The position numbers and the translations under genes are program-made. The notes beneath the pieces were generated by a model. That model made no database searches, was not told the DNA's origin, and saw only the letters and a list, made by a program, of their open reading frames with translations. DNA of 64,000 nt, taken from a virus. Lineage: Duplodnaviria; Caudoviricetes. Shown in pieces: positions 8,821 through 17,693 of the stretch (its first letter is position 1; every line of letters begins with the position of its first letter). The stretch is from positions 1-64,000 of the IMG/VR virus record IMGVR_UViG_3300033076_000411; one strand, 5' to 3'.

Positions 8821-9954
8821 TTAACCTCTCTGTGGAAAATAATCTTGTTGTGTACCTTCTCGGTGTAAATCACTAGTTACGCAGTGTATGCCACCGTCCC
8901 AAAAATATCGATGTCTAAATGGGACTATGTGTGGAGTTACGCCGTGCCGTTCCAATGCGTCAAATACCAGTTTGTTGTAGTTAAACACTATGACATTTTT
9001 CGGATCAATAATCAGCATGTTGACATCAAACACAGTTTCTTCAACGTACCCAGTCCAGTGCCCTAGCCATCTCTCTACAATGTCAATAACGTCTTGGTCA
9101 TGTTCGAATCCTGGAATCCACCACTTGCCGGCATTTTTTAGTTTTAGATTTAAGAACGCCGATACCTTAGACCAACTCTGTCCAGGAAGATAAACAACTT
9201 CCCAGTCTGGGAATGTATTGGCATACGTTGGCACGTCTCTAAGACTTACGATTAGTCCTGGGCACACAGGACAATATGTGCCATCACTGTGGCCTCCTGT
9301 GTTGATAATATGGTTTCTGTTATCTGGAAATTCTTTGTTGACAAATTGCCTAAAGTCAGTGGTGTCTCGATTATAAGCATCTGTGCCAAAATACAAATCT
9401 TTGCCAATGCGTGATATCTGTGCGCCATTTAACAGTGTTGGATGATAGTGATGTGATTTGATCTGGTTTTCTTGTTTGCGAACATAATCAAAAATATGAT
9501 CGTATGTAGAGTAAAATTTTCTATAAGCCTTAAACTCATGTACGTTGTTGCATTCGTCTTGGATCCATTGGGGCAACGACAAAAATTCTTCCATAGAGCA
9601 ACAATCGGGCCAACTTGGATCCTTGACGTCTTGGTAAGATTTTTTATAATCAAAACTATAATTTTCGTAAAATGTATCGCCGATCATAACAGTGACATCT
9701 CTTGGGCACATAGGCGGCGGCATAAATCTGCCATTGATAAATGTTGTATCTGCTAAGTTTGGACGCAGAACCTCAACTCCAAACTCTTGTAGTTTTTTTA
9801 TAATAGCCTGATAATCTTCTTCGGTCTCTGTAGCAATGCGTTCAAACAATGAACGCACATGTGGTACTGTGATCCAGGAATAAAATTCAGGAGGGTAACT
9901 GCGCCCAACAATGCAAGCCTTCAGCGGATCCCAGTGCTGATATACAGAAAACAT
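8821..9954 (-). CDS. Amidinotransferase-family enzyme (glycine/inosamine-phosphate amidinotransferase-like)
   Basis: N-terminal WDPLKACIVGR, CPRD (Asp), GHSDG (His), FDVNML, GGIHCVT (Cys nucleophile). Confidence 0.85.
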   Translation of the reverse strand: MFSVYQHWDPLKACIVGRSYPPEFYSWITVPHVRSLFERIATETEEDYQAIIKKLQEFGVEVLRPNLADTTFINGRFMPPPMCPRDVTVMIGDTFYENYSFDYKKSYQDVKDPSWPDCCSMEEFLSLPQWIQDECNNVHEFKAYRKFYSTYDHIFDYVRKQENQIKSHHYHPTLLNGAQISRIGKDLYFGTDAYNRDTTDFRQFVNKEFPDNRNHIINTGGHSDGTYCPVCPGLIVSLRDVPTYANTFPDWEVVYLPGQSWSKVSAFLNLKLKNAGKWWIPGFEHDQDVIDIVERWLGHWTGYVEETVFDVNMLIIDPKNVIVFNYNKLVFDALERHGVTPHIVPFRHRYFWDGGIHCVTSDLHREGTQQDYFPQRG

Positions 9955-10388
9955 TACTCTAAGGGCCCTAGTATTTCAAATCCGTCTATTTGAGATTTGT
10001 ATAAGTGCGCTTGCTCAAGATACAAGTATTGGAATCCTCGTTCCTTGTAGATAGCGCACTCTGCTTTCATTGTTTCAATTCCTAAACGTAATTTAGGATT
10101 GCTGTAGTTCCATGCGAACTGATCGCATAGCGCATTTTTGTCATCGTAGCGTTTGATCAATGAGAACGCTGCTAGTTTATCTCCGTCGTAATAGCCTATA
10201 ACATCAGTCATAGGATCAGTGTAACGGCTGTCAAATATAGGCATTACTGACGCAAAATGCTTGTACTTGCAGTAGTCTCTGTATATGCTATTCAACTTAG
10301 AAATGTCTGGTTTTCGCAGATATTCCCACTTCACACTGGGCGTGTAGTTGGTTTTACTTAGATCTATTCTTGCAAACTGATAGGTCAT
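9954..10388 (-). CDS. GNAT-fold protein resembling the C-terminal domain of aminoacyl-tRNA:protein transferases (Ate1/Bpt)
   Basis: GYYDGDKLAAFS...LRLGIETMKAEC...KERGFQYLYL...YKSQIDGFEIL parallels the ATE_C pattern YY.DG.L.A...SLG..SIL.EI..A...G..YLYLG...YK..F...E. Confidence 0.55.
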   Translation of the reverse strand: MTYQFARIDLSKTNYTPSVKWEYLRKPDISKLNSIYRDYCKYKHFASVMPIFDSRYTDPMTDVIGYYDGDKLAAFSLIKRYDDKNALCDQFAWNYSNPKLRLGIETMKAECAIYKERGFQYLYLEQAHLYKSQIDGFEILGPLE

Positions 10389-10888
10389 ACTCGCGGATCT
10401 TGTCTATGCTGAAACAGTGCTTGCAAATATTCTTCTGGCCACGCATCATAAAAACCTTTTGCGGCCATTGTTTTGGCTTTGGCATTTAGGTCTGAAAGAC
10501 TTTGCACCAACGCCATGGCATACTTGCCTTGATTCATAATAACACCATTGACGTTTTCTACATCACTGGGATGATCTTCTAAAGCAAGAATATCGTTGCG
10601 CAACAAGTGATCGTTGTTTGCTGCTGCGATGCTTGCGGCGAACAGTTCGTGTGGCCATTCAACTGGATCATACACATAGATAACAACTTCTTTGTTGCCC
10701 ATGCCGTACCTTGCTCTATTCTTTAGATCAAAATACGGATCGGACCCTAGATAAACTTCAAATGTGCGTTTCATTCTCGCAGACCTTGCAAAAGGGCAAG
10801 GTGGAAATCCGCCTAGCGCAGGATGCGGAACTTCTACAAAGTTCACAATCCATGATTCTATATCTGCTTTTACTTGTTCTAGTTCCAT
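10385..10888 (-). CDS. Hypothetical protein, DUF1415-like
   Basis: W...FV......G..PCPFAR and later EDHP motifs resemble DUF1415 (LCPFA...FHP). Confidence 0.4.
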   Translation of the reverse strand: MELEQVKADIESWIVNFVEVPHPALGGFPPCPFARSARMKRTFEVYLGSDPYFDLKNRARYGMGNKEVVIYVYDPVEWPHELFAASIAAANNDHLLRNDILALEDHPSDVENVNGVIMNQGKYAMALVQSLSDLNAKAKTMAAKGFYDAWPEEYLQALFQHRQDPRV

Positions 10889-11076
10889 TAGAAGAACGGC
10901 ATTTTAGATTTCTTAGTAGTTTCAAGGTTATCCTTGATGATGTCTCCGATCATCTGACGTTCCTTCATACTCATTTGCAGGGCTTGTTCGTAACTTACGC
11001 CTCCACGCATGTACCACGACATTTTTAAACTCTCTTTTCGGAGATTGTCGGCTTCTTTTTCCATGTTATCAACCAT
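10888..11076 (-). CDS. Small baseplate-hub/tail-assembly protein (gp51-like); possibly expressed as a -1 frameshift extension of the upstream gene
   Basis: MSWYMRGGVSYEQALQMS..ER..I..IIK.N resembles gp51-like small proteins that follow gp26; frame is open back through the slippery site at 11118-11124. Confidence 0.6.
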   Translation of the reverse strand: MVDNMEKEADNLRKESLKMSWYMRGGVSYEQALQMSMKERQMIGDIIKDNLETTKKSKMPFF

Positions 11077-11102
11077 CTCCGAAACTTGCTCAAATGTAGA
11101 GT

Positions 11103-11945
11103 TTAGGAGGCGGGTACGAAAAAACTTGTCATATCCAATGTCAACGGCTGTGTGTATTCGTGACTGCAATGTTGGCATTTAACATCCAGTGGTTTGAGAT
11201 CGCTGGATTCGCGAAGTGCAATCACATGATCCTTGATAGAGTTAAACAAGTTGCGGTCGCAATTTTTCAAGAACTCTTGGATGTATTCAGTTTCTGTAAC
11301 AATTGCATTTGGTGTGCGGATGCTAGAAATACTGTACTTTATGGCCTCAATTGTTAATTCTGTGATTTGCTTTAAAACGTCCTGGAGTCGCTGCAATTTC
11401 TCTTCGTCTGGCAGATCAGAATTTGGGATCAGTTGCAACATACGCTGATTCTCAAACTGCAATTGATTTGTTTCGTTTTGACGACGATATGTCAGCGGTT
11501 GGAACGTAACTTCTAAATCACCGTAGGTAATAGACTTAGAAAAATCTGGCATTTTCATTTGATCTAGTACACTGCGCAGATCCAATGTATAGTCGTCGGT
11601 TGTGTTGCAATTTGGGCAAGTTGTAGTAAGTTCTAAATTGTGTCCGTAACTAGCAATACGAATTGCAGTTAATATAGCATTTAAATCGGGTGCTGGGCAT
11701 TCCCACGCATCCTTGATATCAGGCACACAACTTTGCACAACACTTACCACGGCTTGACCGTTGAACAACGCATCGGGTGTGCGATACGTGATTTCGTCAA
11801 TGGCAGTCATTGGATAAATTGGTAGTTCCTTGTTGCGCGGCAGGTTTATAGAACCATCAGCCCAGAATTCGCCGCGACTGGGCAGAGGCAAATAAATTGA
11901 CGGTTGACGGAAATATTGCATTAACGGGTTAGGATTTTGGGACAT
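11103..11945 (-). CDS. gp26: Baseplate hub assembly protein, gp26-like
   Basis: LPSRG.F...PMTA.DE...TPDAL.NG, D...IL.AIRIASYG, two CxxC pairs, C-terminal SFF. Confidence 0.7.
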   Translation of the reverse strand: MSQNPNPLMQYFRQPSIYLPLPSRGEFWADGSINLPRNKELPIYPMTAIDEITYRTPDALFNGQAVVSVVQSCVPDIKDAWECPAPDLNAILTAIRIASYGHNLELTTTCPNCNTTDDYTLDLRSVLDQMKMPDFSKSITYGDLEVTFQPLTYRRQNETNQLQFENQRMLQLIPNSDLPDEEKLQRLQDVLKQITELTIEAIKYSISSIRTPNAIVTETEYIQEFLKNCDRNLFNSIKDHVIALRESSDLKPLDVKCQHCSHEYTQPLTLDMTSFFVPAS

Positions 11946-11953
11946 AGATCACC

Positions 11954-11961
11954 TATAAATA
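11954..11961 (+). promoter_or_regulatory. T4-type late promoter
   Basis: Exact TATAAATA 24 nt upstream of the tape-measure-like gene. Confidence 0.75.
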
Positions 11962-11985
11962 TAGTTCTACTTATGGGTACTTTAC

Positions 11986-14703
11986 ATGGCCGATCTAAAT
12001 AACGAAGCACAAGAACTAGCCGCAGTAATGCGTCAAGTAAACCAAGACTTAACACAATTTGGTAAACTGACCTCACAAACTGCTGAACAGTTGCGAGATG
12101 CACAGGTAAAAGCCAAATATGGCATTGATAACTTTACCGCGGGCATGAATACCGCAGGCAATGCTATTGGCAAATATGTTGATGCCCACACTGATGCTGC
12201 AAAAGCAGTTTACAACGGTGAACGTGGTGCCAAGGCCTTTAATAAATCTCTGGACAGTTTAACAGAAGCAGCCAAGTTAGCAGCAGTTGGCTTGTCAGTA
12301 ATGGTGCCCGGTGGCCCGCTGATCAAAGGTCTAGTAGCCGGTCTTGGGTTGTTAGCTGCCAAAGTCTACGAACTCAGTAACGAATATACCAAAGCAGCCA
12401 ACGTAATGAGTGACACCCTGTTCAAGGGGTTCCAGGACATGAGTGCTGCTGGCGGATCTGCGTCAGATGGTATGAAAGGCCTGTTTGAAGATACCAAGAA
12501 ACTAGGCCTGTCAATGAGTCAGTTGGATTCGTTTGTCCAACTGGTAAACAAAAACAGTCATGATCTAGCATTGTTTGGTGGCACTGTTTTTGAAGGTCGC
12601 AAGAAGTTTGCTGAGATGGGTCAAGCCATGGAGGCCAGCCGCGAAAGCCTGATGAACATGGGCTTGACTCAAGAGCAGATCAACGAAGGTGCAATGAGTT
12701 ACCTGCGTTTGCAAACTCGCTTGGGCAATTCACAAAAGATGACTACCGAGCAGTTGGCCGAAGGTGCTCGAAAGTATTTGGTTGAACAAGATGCGCTGAC
12801 AAAACTCACAGGTGCTACTCGCCAAGAACAAGAAGACATGCGTCAGGAAGCACTCACTGAGCAAATGTTTGCAGCACAGATCCGTGAACTACAACTCAAA
12901 GGTGATGCAAAGTCTTTAAAGGCCGCTGAAGAATTAATGCAAGCCAACATCATGGCTACCAAGGTTAGTAAAGAGTTTGGCGCATCTTTCCGTGCCAGCG
13001 TCACAGGCAACTTGTTGGATCCAAATGCACAAAAGTTAAACATGGCAGCACAAGGTGCGCAGTTTGAACAAATTGAGAGACTCAAAGACGGCACACAAAA
13101 TGCTGCTGGTGCTATTACTACCATTGGGCGAGCAATTGGCGAGTCTGGTGATAAGTTCGGTGTAGAACTTGCTAAACTTGGGGTAGCAGATGACTTCATG
13201 TTGAAGTTTGGTGAAATACAAAAGATTCGTATTGCAACCGAAGGCGACCTTAATGCTAACTTGAAAAAGATTGCTGACGACCAAGCAAAGATGGGCGCCA
13301 AAGGCGGCAAAGCAGCAGACGCAGCAGTAGCAGCACAAGTACAGTTAACATTAACACAACAAAAAGCCAACGAAATTCTTGAACGTTTTGTTGAAAAAGG
13401 TCTTGTTGATGCTACTCGCGAAATGATTAAGTTTGCTGAGAAGGTAGAGTTTGCTGGAAAAGTGCTTGGTAAGATTTCCAATGGTAAGTTTATATCGCAG
13501 CAAGAAGAAGCAGCAAATACCAACGCAGCCGTAAAGAATCAAATTACTGGTGTAGGTGCAAAGTACGAAGCAACTACAGACGAACAAAAGGCTATGATTG
13601 AAGCCTTGAATGATCCTAATGTTAGCGAGCGTGACAAGGCATGGATGCGTCAACAACTAAAGAACGTAGAAGCCCGTGCCATGGGCGGCCCTGTTAAAAA
13701 AGGTAGTCCGTATCTAGTTGGCGAAGAAGGTCCAGAATTATTTGTTCCTACCATGGCAGGTGAGATTGTGCCCATGGGCGGTGGCGCTGCAATGACCAGT
13801 GCATCGGCACAAAAAGCAGATCAAATTGAACGTGCAGTTCGTGACATCATTGATGACACTAAAAAACTCGAGCGTATTACAGACTCAGACCTACACAGAG
13901 TAGAAAAATTCAGTGACTTACAAAAGAAGTTTTTTGATCTAAGATCAAGATTTTATGAAGACCAAATTACTGCAATGACTACCACAGTGGTTGGAACACC
14001 TACAATGTCTTCAGGAGGAGGCGCCGCTGCTCCGTCAAGCGGCGGTGGACTAGGTCTTAAAACTTCTGCTCCATCTGCTCCGGGATCGGGCGCCGGCGGC
14101 GGTATGTCACAAAGTGATCTGGCTGGGCTAGGTCTTAAAATCAAAGCAGGCGATGTACAAGCAGAAGGTGCAGGCATTAGTCCTAAAATTATCAGCATGG
14201 CAGAGCAAGTACAAGCCAACATGCCTAACTTTGCATATTTCTCAGGATTCAACGACAAGTTCCATCAGGAAAAATCACCTTCGAGTTTCCATACCAAGGG
14301 TCAGGCCATGGACTTTGCATTGAGCAAGGCACCTACTCCTGAAGAAGGCCAAGAGATTGTTAACTGGTTAAAGAGCATGGGCGCAAGCACAGCAATTGAC
14401 GAATACAACAATCCAAGTTCTAAAGCAACAGCAGGACACATCCATGCGCAAATTGCAGGATATGCAGACGGTGGTATTGCCAACGAGCCGCAGATTGCTA
14501 TGGTTGCTGAAAAAGGCCCTGAAGCAATGGTACCACTTAAAAACGGTGCTATTCCAGTTGAAGGCTTCCAGGAAGCAGTTAATGCTCTGCGAGCCATGCA
14601 AGAACAAATGGGCGCACTGTACGAAGCAATGAGTGACATGGTTAGAGAGCAACGCAGTACAAACGATATCAGCGCAAAGATACTTCAAGTGTCTGCTAAT
14701 TAA
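11986..14703 (+). CDS. Tape-measure-like/baseplate hub protein with C-terminal M15-like peptidase domain
   Basis: Long Ala/Gln/Lys helical region, two RA.GGPV...YLVGE.GPE.FVP-type repeats, H..G.A.D plus HIH motif near C-terminus. Confidence 0.75.
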   Translation: MADLNNEAQELAAVMRQVNQDLTQFGKLTSQTAEQLRDAQVKAKYGIDNFTAGMNTAGNAIGKYVDAHTDAAKAVYNGERGAKAFNKSLDSLTEAAKLAAVGLSVMVPGGPLIKGLVAGLGLLAAKVYELSNEYTKAANVMSDTLFKGFQDMSAAGGSASDGMKGLFEDTKKLGLSMSQLDSFVQLVNKNSHDLALFGGTVFEGRKKFAEMGQAMEASRESLMNMGLTQEQINEGAMSYLRLQTRLGNSQKMTTEQLAEGARKYLVEQDALTKLTGATRQEQEDMRQEALTEQMFAAQIRELQLKGDAKSLKAAEELMQANIMATKVSKEFGASFRASVTGNLLDPNAQKLNMAAQGAQFEQIERLKDGTQNAAGAITTIGRAIGESGDKFGVELAKLGVADDFMLKFGEIQKIRIATEGDLNANLKKIADDQAKMGAKGGKAADAAVAAQVQLTLTQQKANEILERFVEKGLVDATREMIKFAEKVEFAGKVLGKISNGKFISQQEEAANTNAAVKNQITGVGAKYEATTDEQKAMIEALNDPNVSERDKAWMRQQLKNVEARAMGGPVKKGSPYLVGEEGPELFVPTMAGEIVPMGGGAAMTSASAQKADQIERAVRDIIDDTKKLERITDSDLHRVEKFSDLQKKFFDLRSRFYEDQITAMTTTVVGTPTMSSGGGAAAPSSGGGLGLKTSAPSAPGSGAGGGMSQSDLAGLGLKIKAGDVQAEGAGISPKIISMAEQVQANMPNFAYFSGFNDKFHQEKSPSSFHTKGQAMDFALSKAPTPEEGQEIVNWLKSMGASTAIDEYNNPSSKATAGHIHAQIAGYADGGIANEPQIAMVAEKGPEAMVPLKNGAIPVEGFQEAVNALRAMQEQMGALYEAMSDMVREQRSTNDISAKILQVSAN

Positions 14704-14719
14704 CGGTAAATAATAAACT

Positions 14720-16495
14720 ATGGCAGATCAAAACAAACAAGGCTGGCGCAAGTATTTTAAAGTTGCCGATACGTCAGGGCAATTAAGTCCCATTTCGGGC
14801 AGAAACCAATTTGGTTTGCCTGAGTACGGTAAAAATGATGGCAATTCAGGTTTAGCACATGCTGACTTTGTATTCCGCAACTATGCAAGCCGACTGCCAG
14901 AAGTTTATTCTGGACACCCTAACCGTATTGAACGTTATAATCAGTACGAAAACATGGACATGGATTCGGAGATCAATGCATGCTTGGACATCATTGCTGA
15001 GTTCTCAACACAGATCAACGAACAAAATGACACACCGTTTGAAGTCAAGTTCAACGACAAACCCACAGATCACGAAATTGATATCATCAAGAAGCAATTA
15101 CAACAGTGGGTTAAACTAAACAAACTAGATCAGCGTATCTTTAAACTGTTCCGCAACACTATCAAGTACGGCGATCAGATCTTTGTGCGTGATCCAGAAA
15201 CATTTGAAATGATGTGGGTCGACATGAGCAAATTGGCTCGTGTTATTGTTAACGAATCTGAGGGCAAGCGCCCTGAACAATACGTCATTCGTGACATTAA
15301 TCCTAACTTCCAGAACATGTCAGTTGCAGCAAAAACTACAACAGACTACATGACTAACCCTGTTACAGGTAGTATTTCTGGCTCTGCAAACTACACTATG
15401 CCTAACGGTGGTACAGGTGGCGGAACATCAAATAGCCGTTTTCAAATGGCTATGAACGAAGTTTGTATCGATGCAAAGCACGTGGTTCACGTTAGTTTAA
15501 ACGAAGGTTTGGATGTATTCTGGCCTTTCGGGCGCAGTATTCTTGAGCAAATTTTCATGGTTTTCAAGCAAAAACAATTGCTAGAAGACGCTGTTTTGAT
15601 CTATCGTGTAAGCCGTGCACCAGAGCGCAGAGTGTTCAAAATTGACGTTGGTAACATGCCTAGCCACCTTGCTATGCAGTTTGTTGAGCGTGTAAAGAAC
15701 GAAATGCACCAACGCCGTATTCCTACAGTCACAGGCGGCGGCAACAACATGATGGATGCTAGTTATAATCCACTTAGCATCAACGAAGATTACTTCTTCC
15801 CACAAACAGCAGAAGGTCGCGGATCTAGTGTAGATACACTACAAGGTGGACAGAATCTTGGTGAAATTGATGACTTGAAGTACTTCAACAACAAAATGGC
15901 ACGTGGTTTGCGTGTACCTAGTTCATACTTGCCAACAGGACCAGACGACTCAGGTGCAGCAATGAACGATGGCAAAGTTGGTACTGCACTTATTCAAGAA
16001 TACCGATTTAATCAGTACTGTGAGCGTTTGCAAGCACTGATTTGCCAAAAGTTAGACGACGAATTCAAGATGTTCTTGAAGTGGCGCGGCTTTAATATTG
16101 ACTCAGGCCTGTTTCAAATCAAGTTCAATGCCCCGCAAAACTTTGCTAGTTACCGCCAAAGTGAACTGGACAATTCACGTATTAATAGTTTTACTAGTTT
16201 AGAGCAGTTGCCTTACATGAGCAAGCGTTTTATGCTACAACGCTTCTTGGGTCTTACAGAAGAAGAGATCAAAGAAAACGAAGAAATGTGGCGCGAAGAG
16301 CGCGATCAGCCAGAAATGCAAACACAATCTGGACAAGACCTACGTTCTGTGGGTATTACCCCAGGTGCACTGGATACAGACATTTCAACTGGTGAAGAAA
16401 TTGCTGGCATGGAGCCTGCTGCTCCTGGTACCCCAGCAGTGGGCCCTGGCGCTGGGTTGCCTCCTGCACCCGGTGGAGCAGCCCCGGCAGTATAA
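14720..16495 (+). CDS. gp20: Portal vertex protein
   Basis: QLLEDAVLIYRVSRAPERRVFKIDVGNMP, EDYFFPQ.AEGRGS.V.TL.GGQNLGEIDDLKYF..K..RGLRVPSS. Confidence 0.95.
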   Translation: MADQNKQGWRKYFKVADTSGQLSPISGRNQFGLPEYGKNDGNSGLAHADFVFRNYASRLPEVYSGHPNRIERYNQYENMDMDSEINACLDIIAEFSTQINEQNDTPFEVKFNDKPTDHEIDIIKKQLQQWVKLNKLDQRIFKLFRNTIKYGDQIFVRDPETFEMMWVDMSKLARVIVNESEGKRPEQYVIRDINPNFQNMSVAAKTTTDYMTNPVTGSISGSANYTMPNGGTGGGTSNSRFQMAMNEVCIDAKHVVHVSLNEGLDVFWPFGRSILEQIFMVFKQKQLLEDAVLIYRVSRAPERRVFKIDVGNMPSHLAMQFVERVKNEMHQRRIPTVTGGGNNMMDASYNPLSINEDYFFPQTAEGRGSSVDTLQGGQNLGEIDDLKYFNNKMARGLRVPSSYLPTGPDDSGAAMNDGKVGTALIQEYRFNQYCERLQALICQKLDDEFKMFLKWRGFNIDSGLFQIKFNAPQNFASYRQSELDNSRINSFTSLEQLPYMSKRFMLQRFLGLTEEEIKENEEMWREERDQPEMQTQSGQDLRSVGITPGALDTDISTGEEIAGMEPAAPGTPAVGPGAGLPPAPGGAAPAV

Positions 16496-16498
16496 ATA
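16491..16498 (+). promoter_or_regulatory. T4-type late promoter
   Basis: Exact TATAAATA overlapping the portal stop codon. Confidence 0.7.
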
Positions 16499-16503
16499 GA
16501 AGT

Positions 16504-16722
16504 ATGATCTTAAACGAGTTTTTTAAAAAAGAACCTGAAGCATATCAGGATTTAGGGGATGACAACAGTCAGCCCCAGTTAGGCGACCTGCGCAAGACTC
16601 GTCTGACTTTGCGTCAACTCAACAAATTGAGACAAATGAATGATGTTCGTGCCTACGAATATAAAGAGAAATTAAAACTGGTGCGCCAACAATATGCACC
16701 ACCTCCTGCGCCGGTTGTATAA
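16504..16722 (+). CDS. Small hypothetical head-region protein (positional analogue of gp67/gp68)
   Basis: Between portal and prohead protease; late promoter upstream. Confidence 0.65.
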   Translation: MILNEFFKKEPEAYQDLGDDNSQPQLGDLRKTRLTLRQLNKLRQMNDVRAYEYKEKLKLVRQQYAPPPAPVV

Positions 16723-16817
16723 TTTTTTGCAATTTATCGTCATTTTGACGCCTTAAAGCACCAATATTTTAACTCCATCGTAAATAACAACATACTTTAC
16801 CTATAGGAGTTCCCAAC

Positions 16818-17687
16818 ATGAATAAATTTGAACAATTGATCGAATACGTGATCAATGACGAGCAACACAAAGCACAAGAACTTTTCCACGACATCGTTGT
16901 TGAAAAGTCACGCCAAATCTATGAAGATATCATGGCAGAAGAAGCCGAGGAAGACTTGGACGAAAGTGCTGAAGAAGAATTAGATGAATCCGAAGAAGAA
17001 GATCTAGACGAAGGCGCCATGGGCGGCGATGCTTCTGACGATTTGATCGACGATGTTGAAGCAGAAGAAGAATCTGACATCAGCATGGAAGGCGAAGAAG
17101 ACCTCGAAGGCGAAGAGGAAGAAGAATTTGATATCGGCGGCGACGAAGGCGGCGACGAAGAAGGTTTCACAATGGGCGGCGACGGTGACGGCGAAGAGGC
17201 TGCTACCAAAGACGACATCCTTAACTTAGAAGACAAATTAGACCAGTTAATGGCTGAGTTTGAAGACCTAATGGGTGCAGAAGCAGCAGAACACGGTGAC
17301 GGCGACGGTTTTGGTCCAGAAGAAGGTGGCGATGCTATCGAAATGGACGACACAGAAGAAATGACTGACGGCATGATGGAAGCAGTTAGTTTAAAAGCAG
17401 CCCCAAAGCCAGTGACTTCTGAAGAAGGCAGCGTCAACAAGAAGTCTAATGTTGCTGCAAATGCAGGCGCAAAAGGCCCAATCGGCTCTAGCGTTAAGCC
17501 AGTACGCACAGGCGGCGAAATGGGCGGCAAGCACGATTCCAGCGCATACAGCAATACAACAAAAGATTTGATCGGCAAAGTAGGTAACACTCCTGCACAA
17601 GGCACACAAAAGCCAAGCGCAGCACCAAAGCCACACTTGAGCCAAGCAAGCGGTGTTAACACCAAGTCTCCAGTTGCTAAAGGTTAA
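16818..17687 (+). CDS. Highly acidic prohead-core-like protein
   Basis: Asp/Glu-rich central region with repeated LDE motifs, Lys-rich C-terminus; RBS AGGAG; promoter variant CGTAAATA near 16779. Confidence 0.7.
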   Translation: MNKFEQLIEYVINDEQHKAQELFHDIVVEKSRQIYEDIMAEEAEEDLDESAEEELDESEEEDLDEGAMGGDASDDLIDDVEAEEESDISMEGEEDLEGEEEEEFDIGGDEGGDEEGFTMGGDGDGEEAATKDDILNLEDKLDQLMAEFEDLMGAEAAEHGDGDGFGPEEGGDAIEMDDTEEMTDGMMEAVSLKAAPKPVTSEEGSVNKKSNVAANAGAKGPIGSSVKPVRTGGEMGGKHDSSAYSNTTKDLIGKVGNTPAQGTQKPSAAPKPHLSQASGVNTKSPVAKG

Positions 17688-17693
17688 TCTTTA

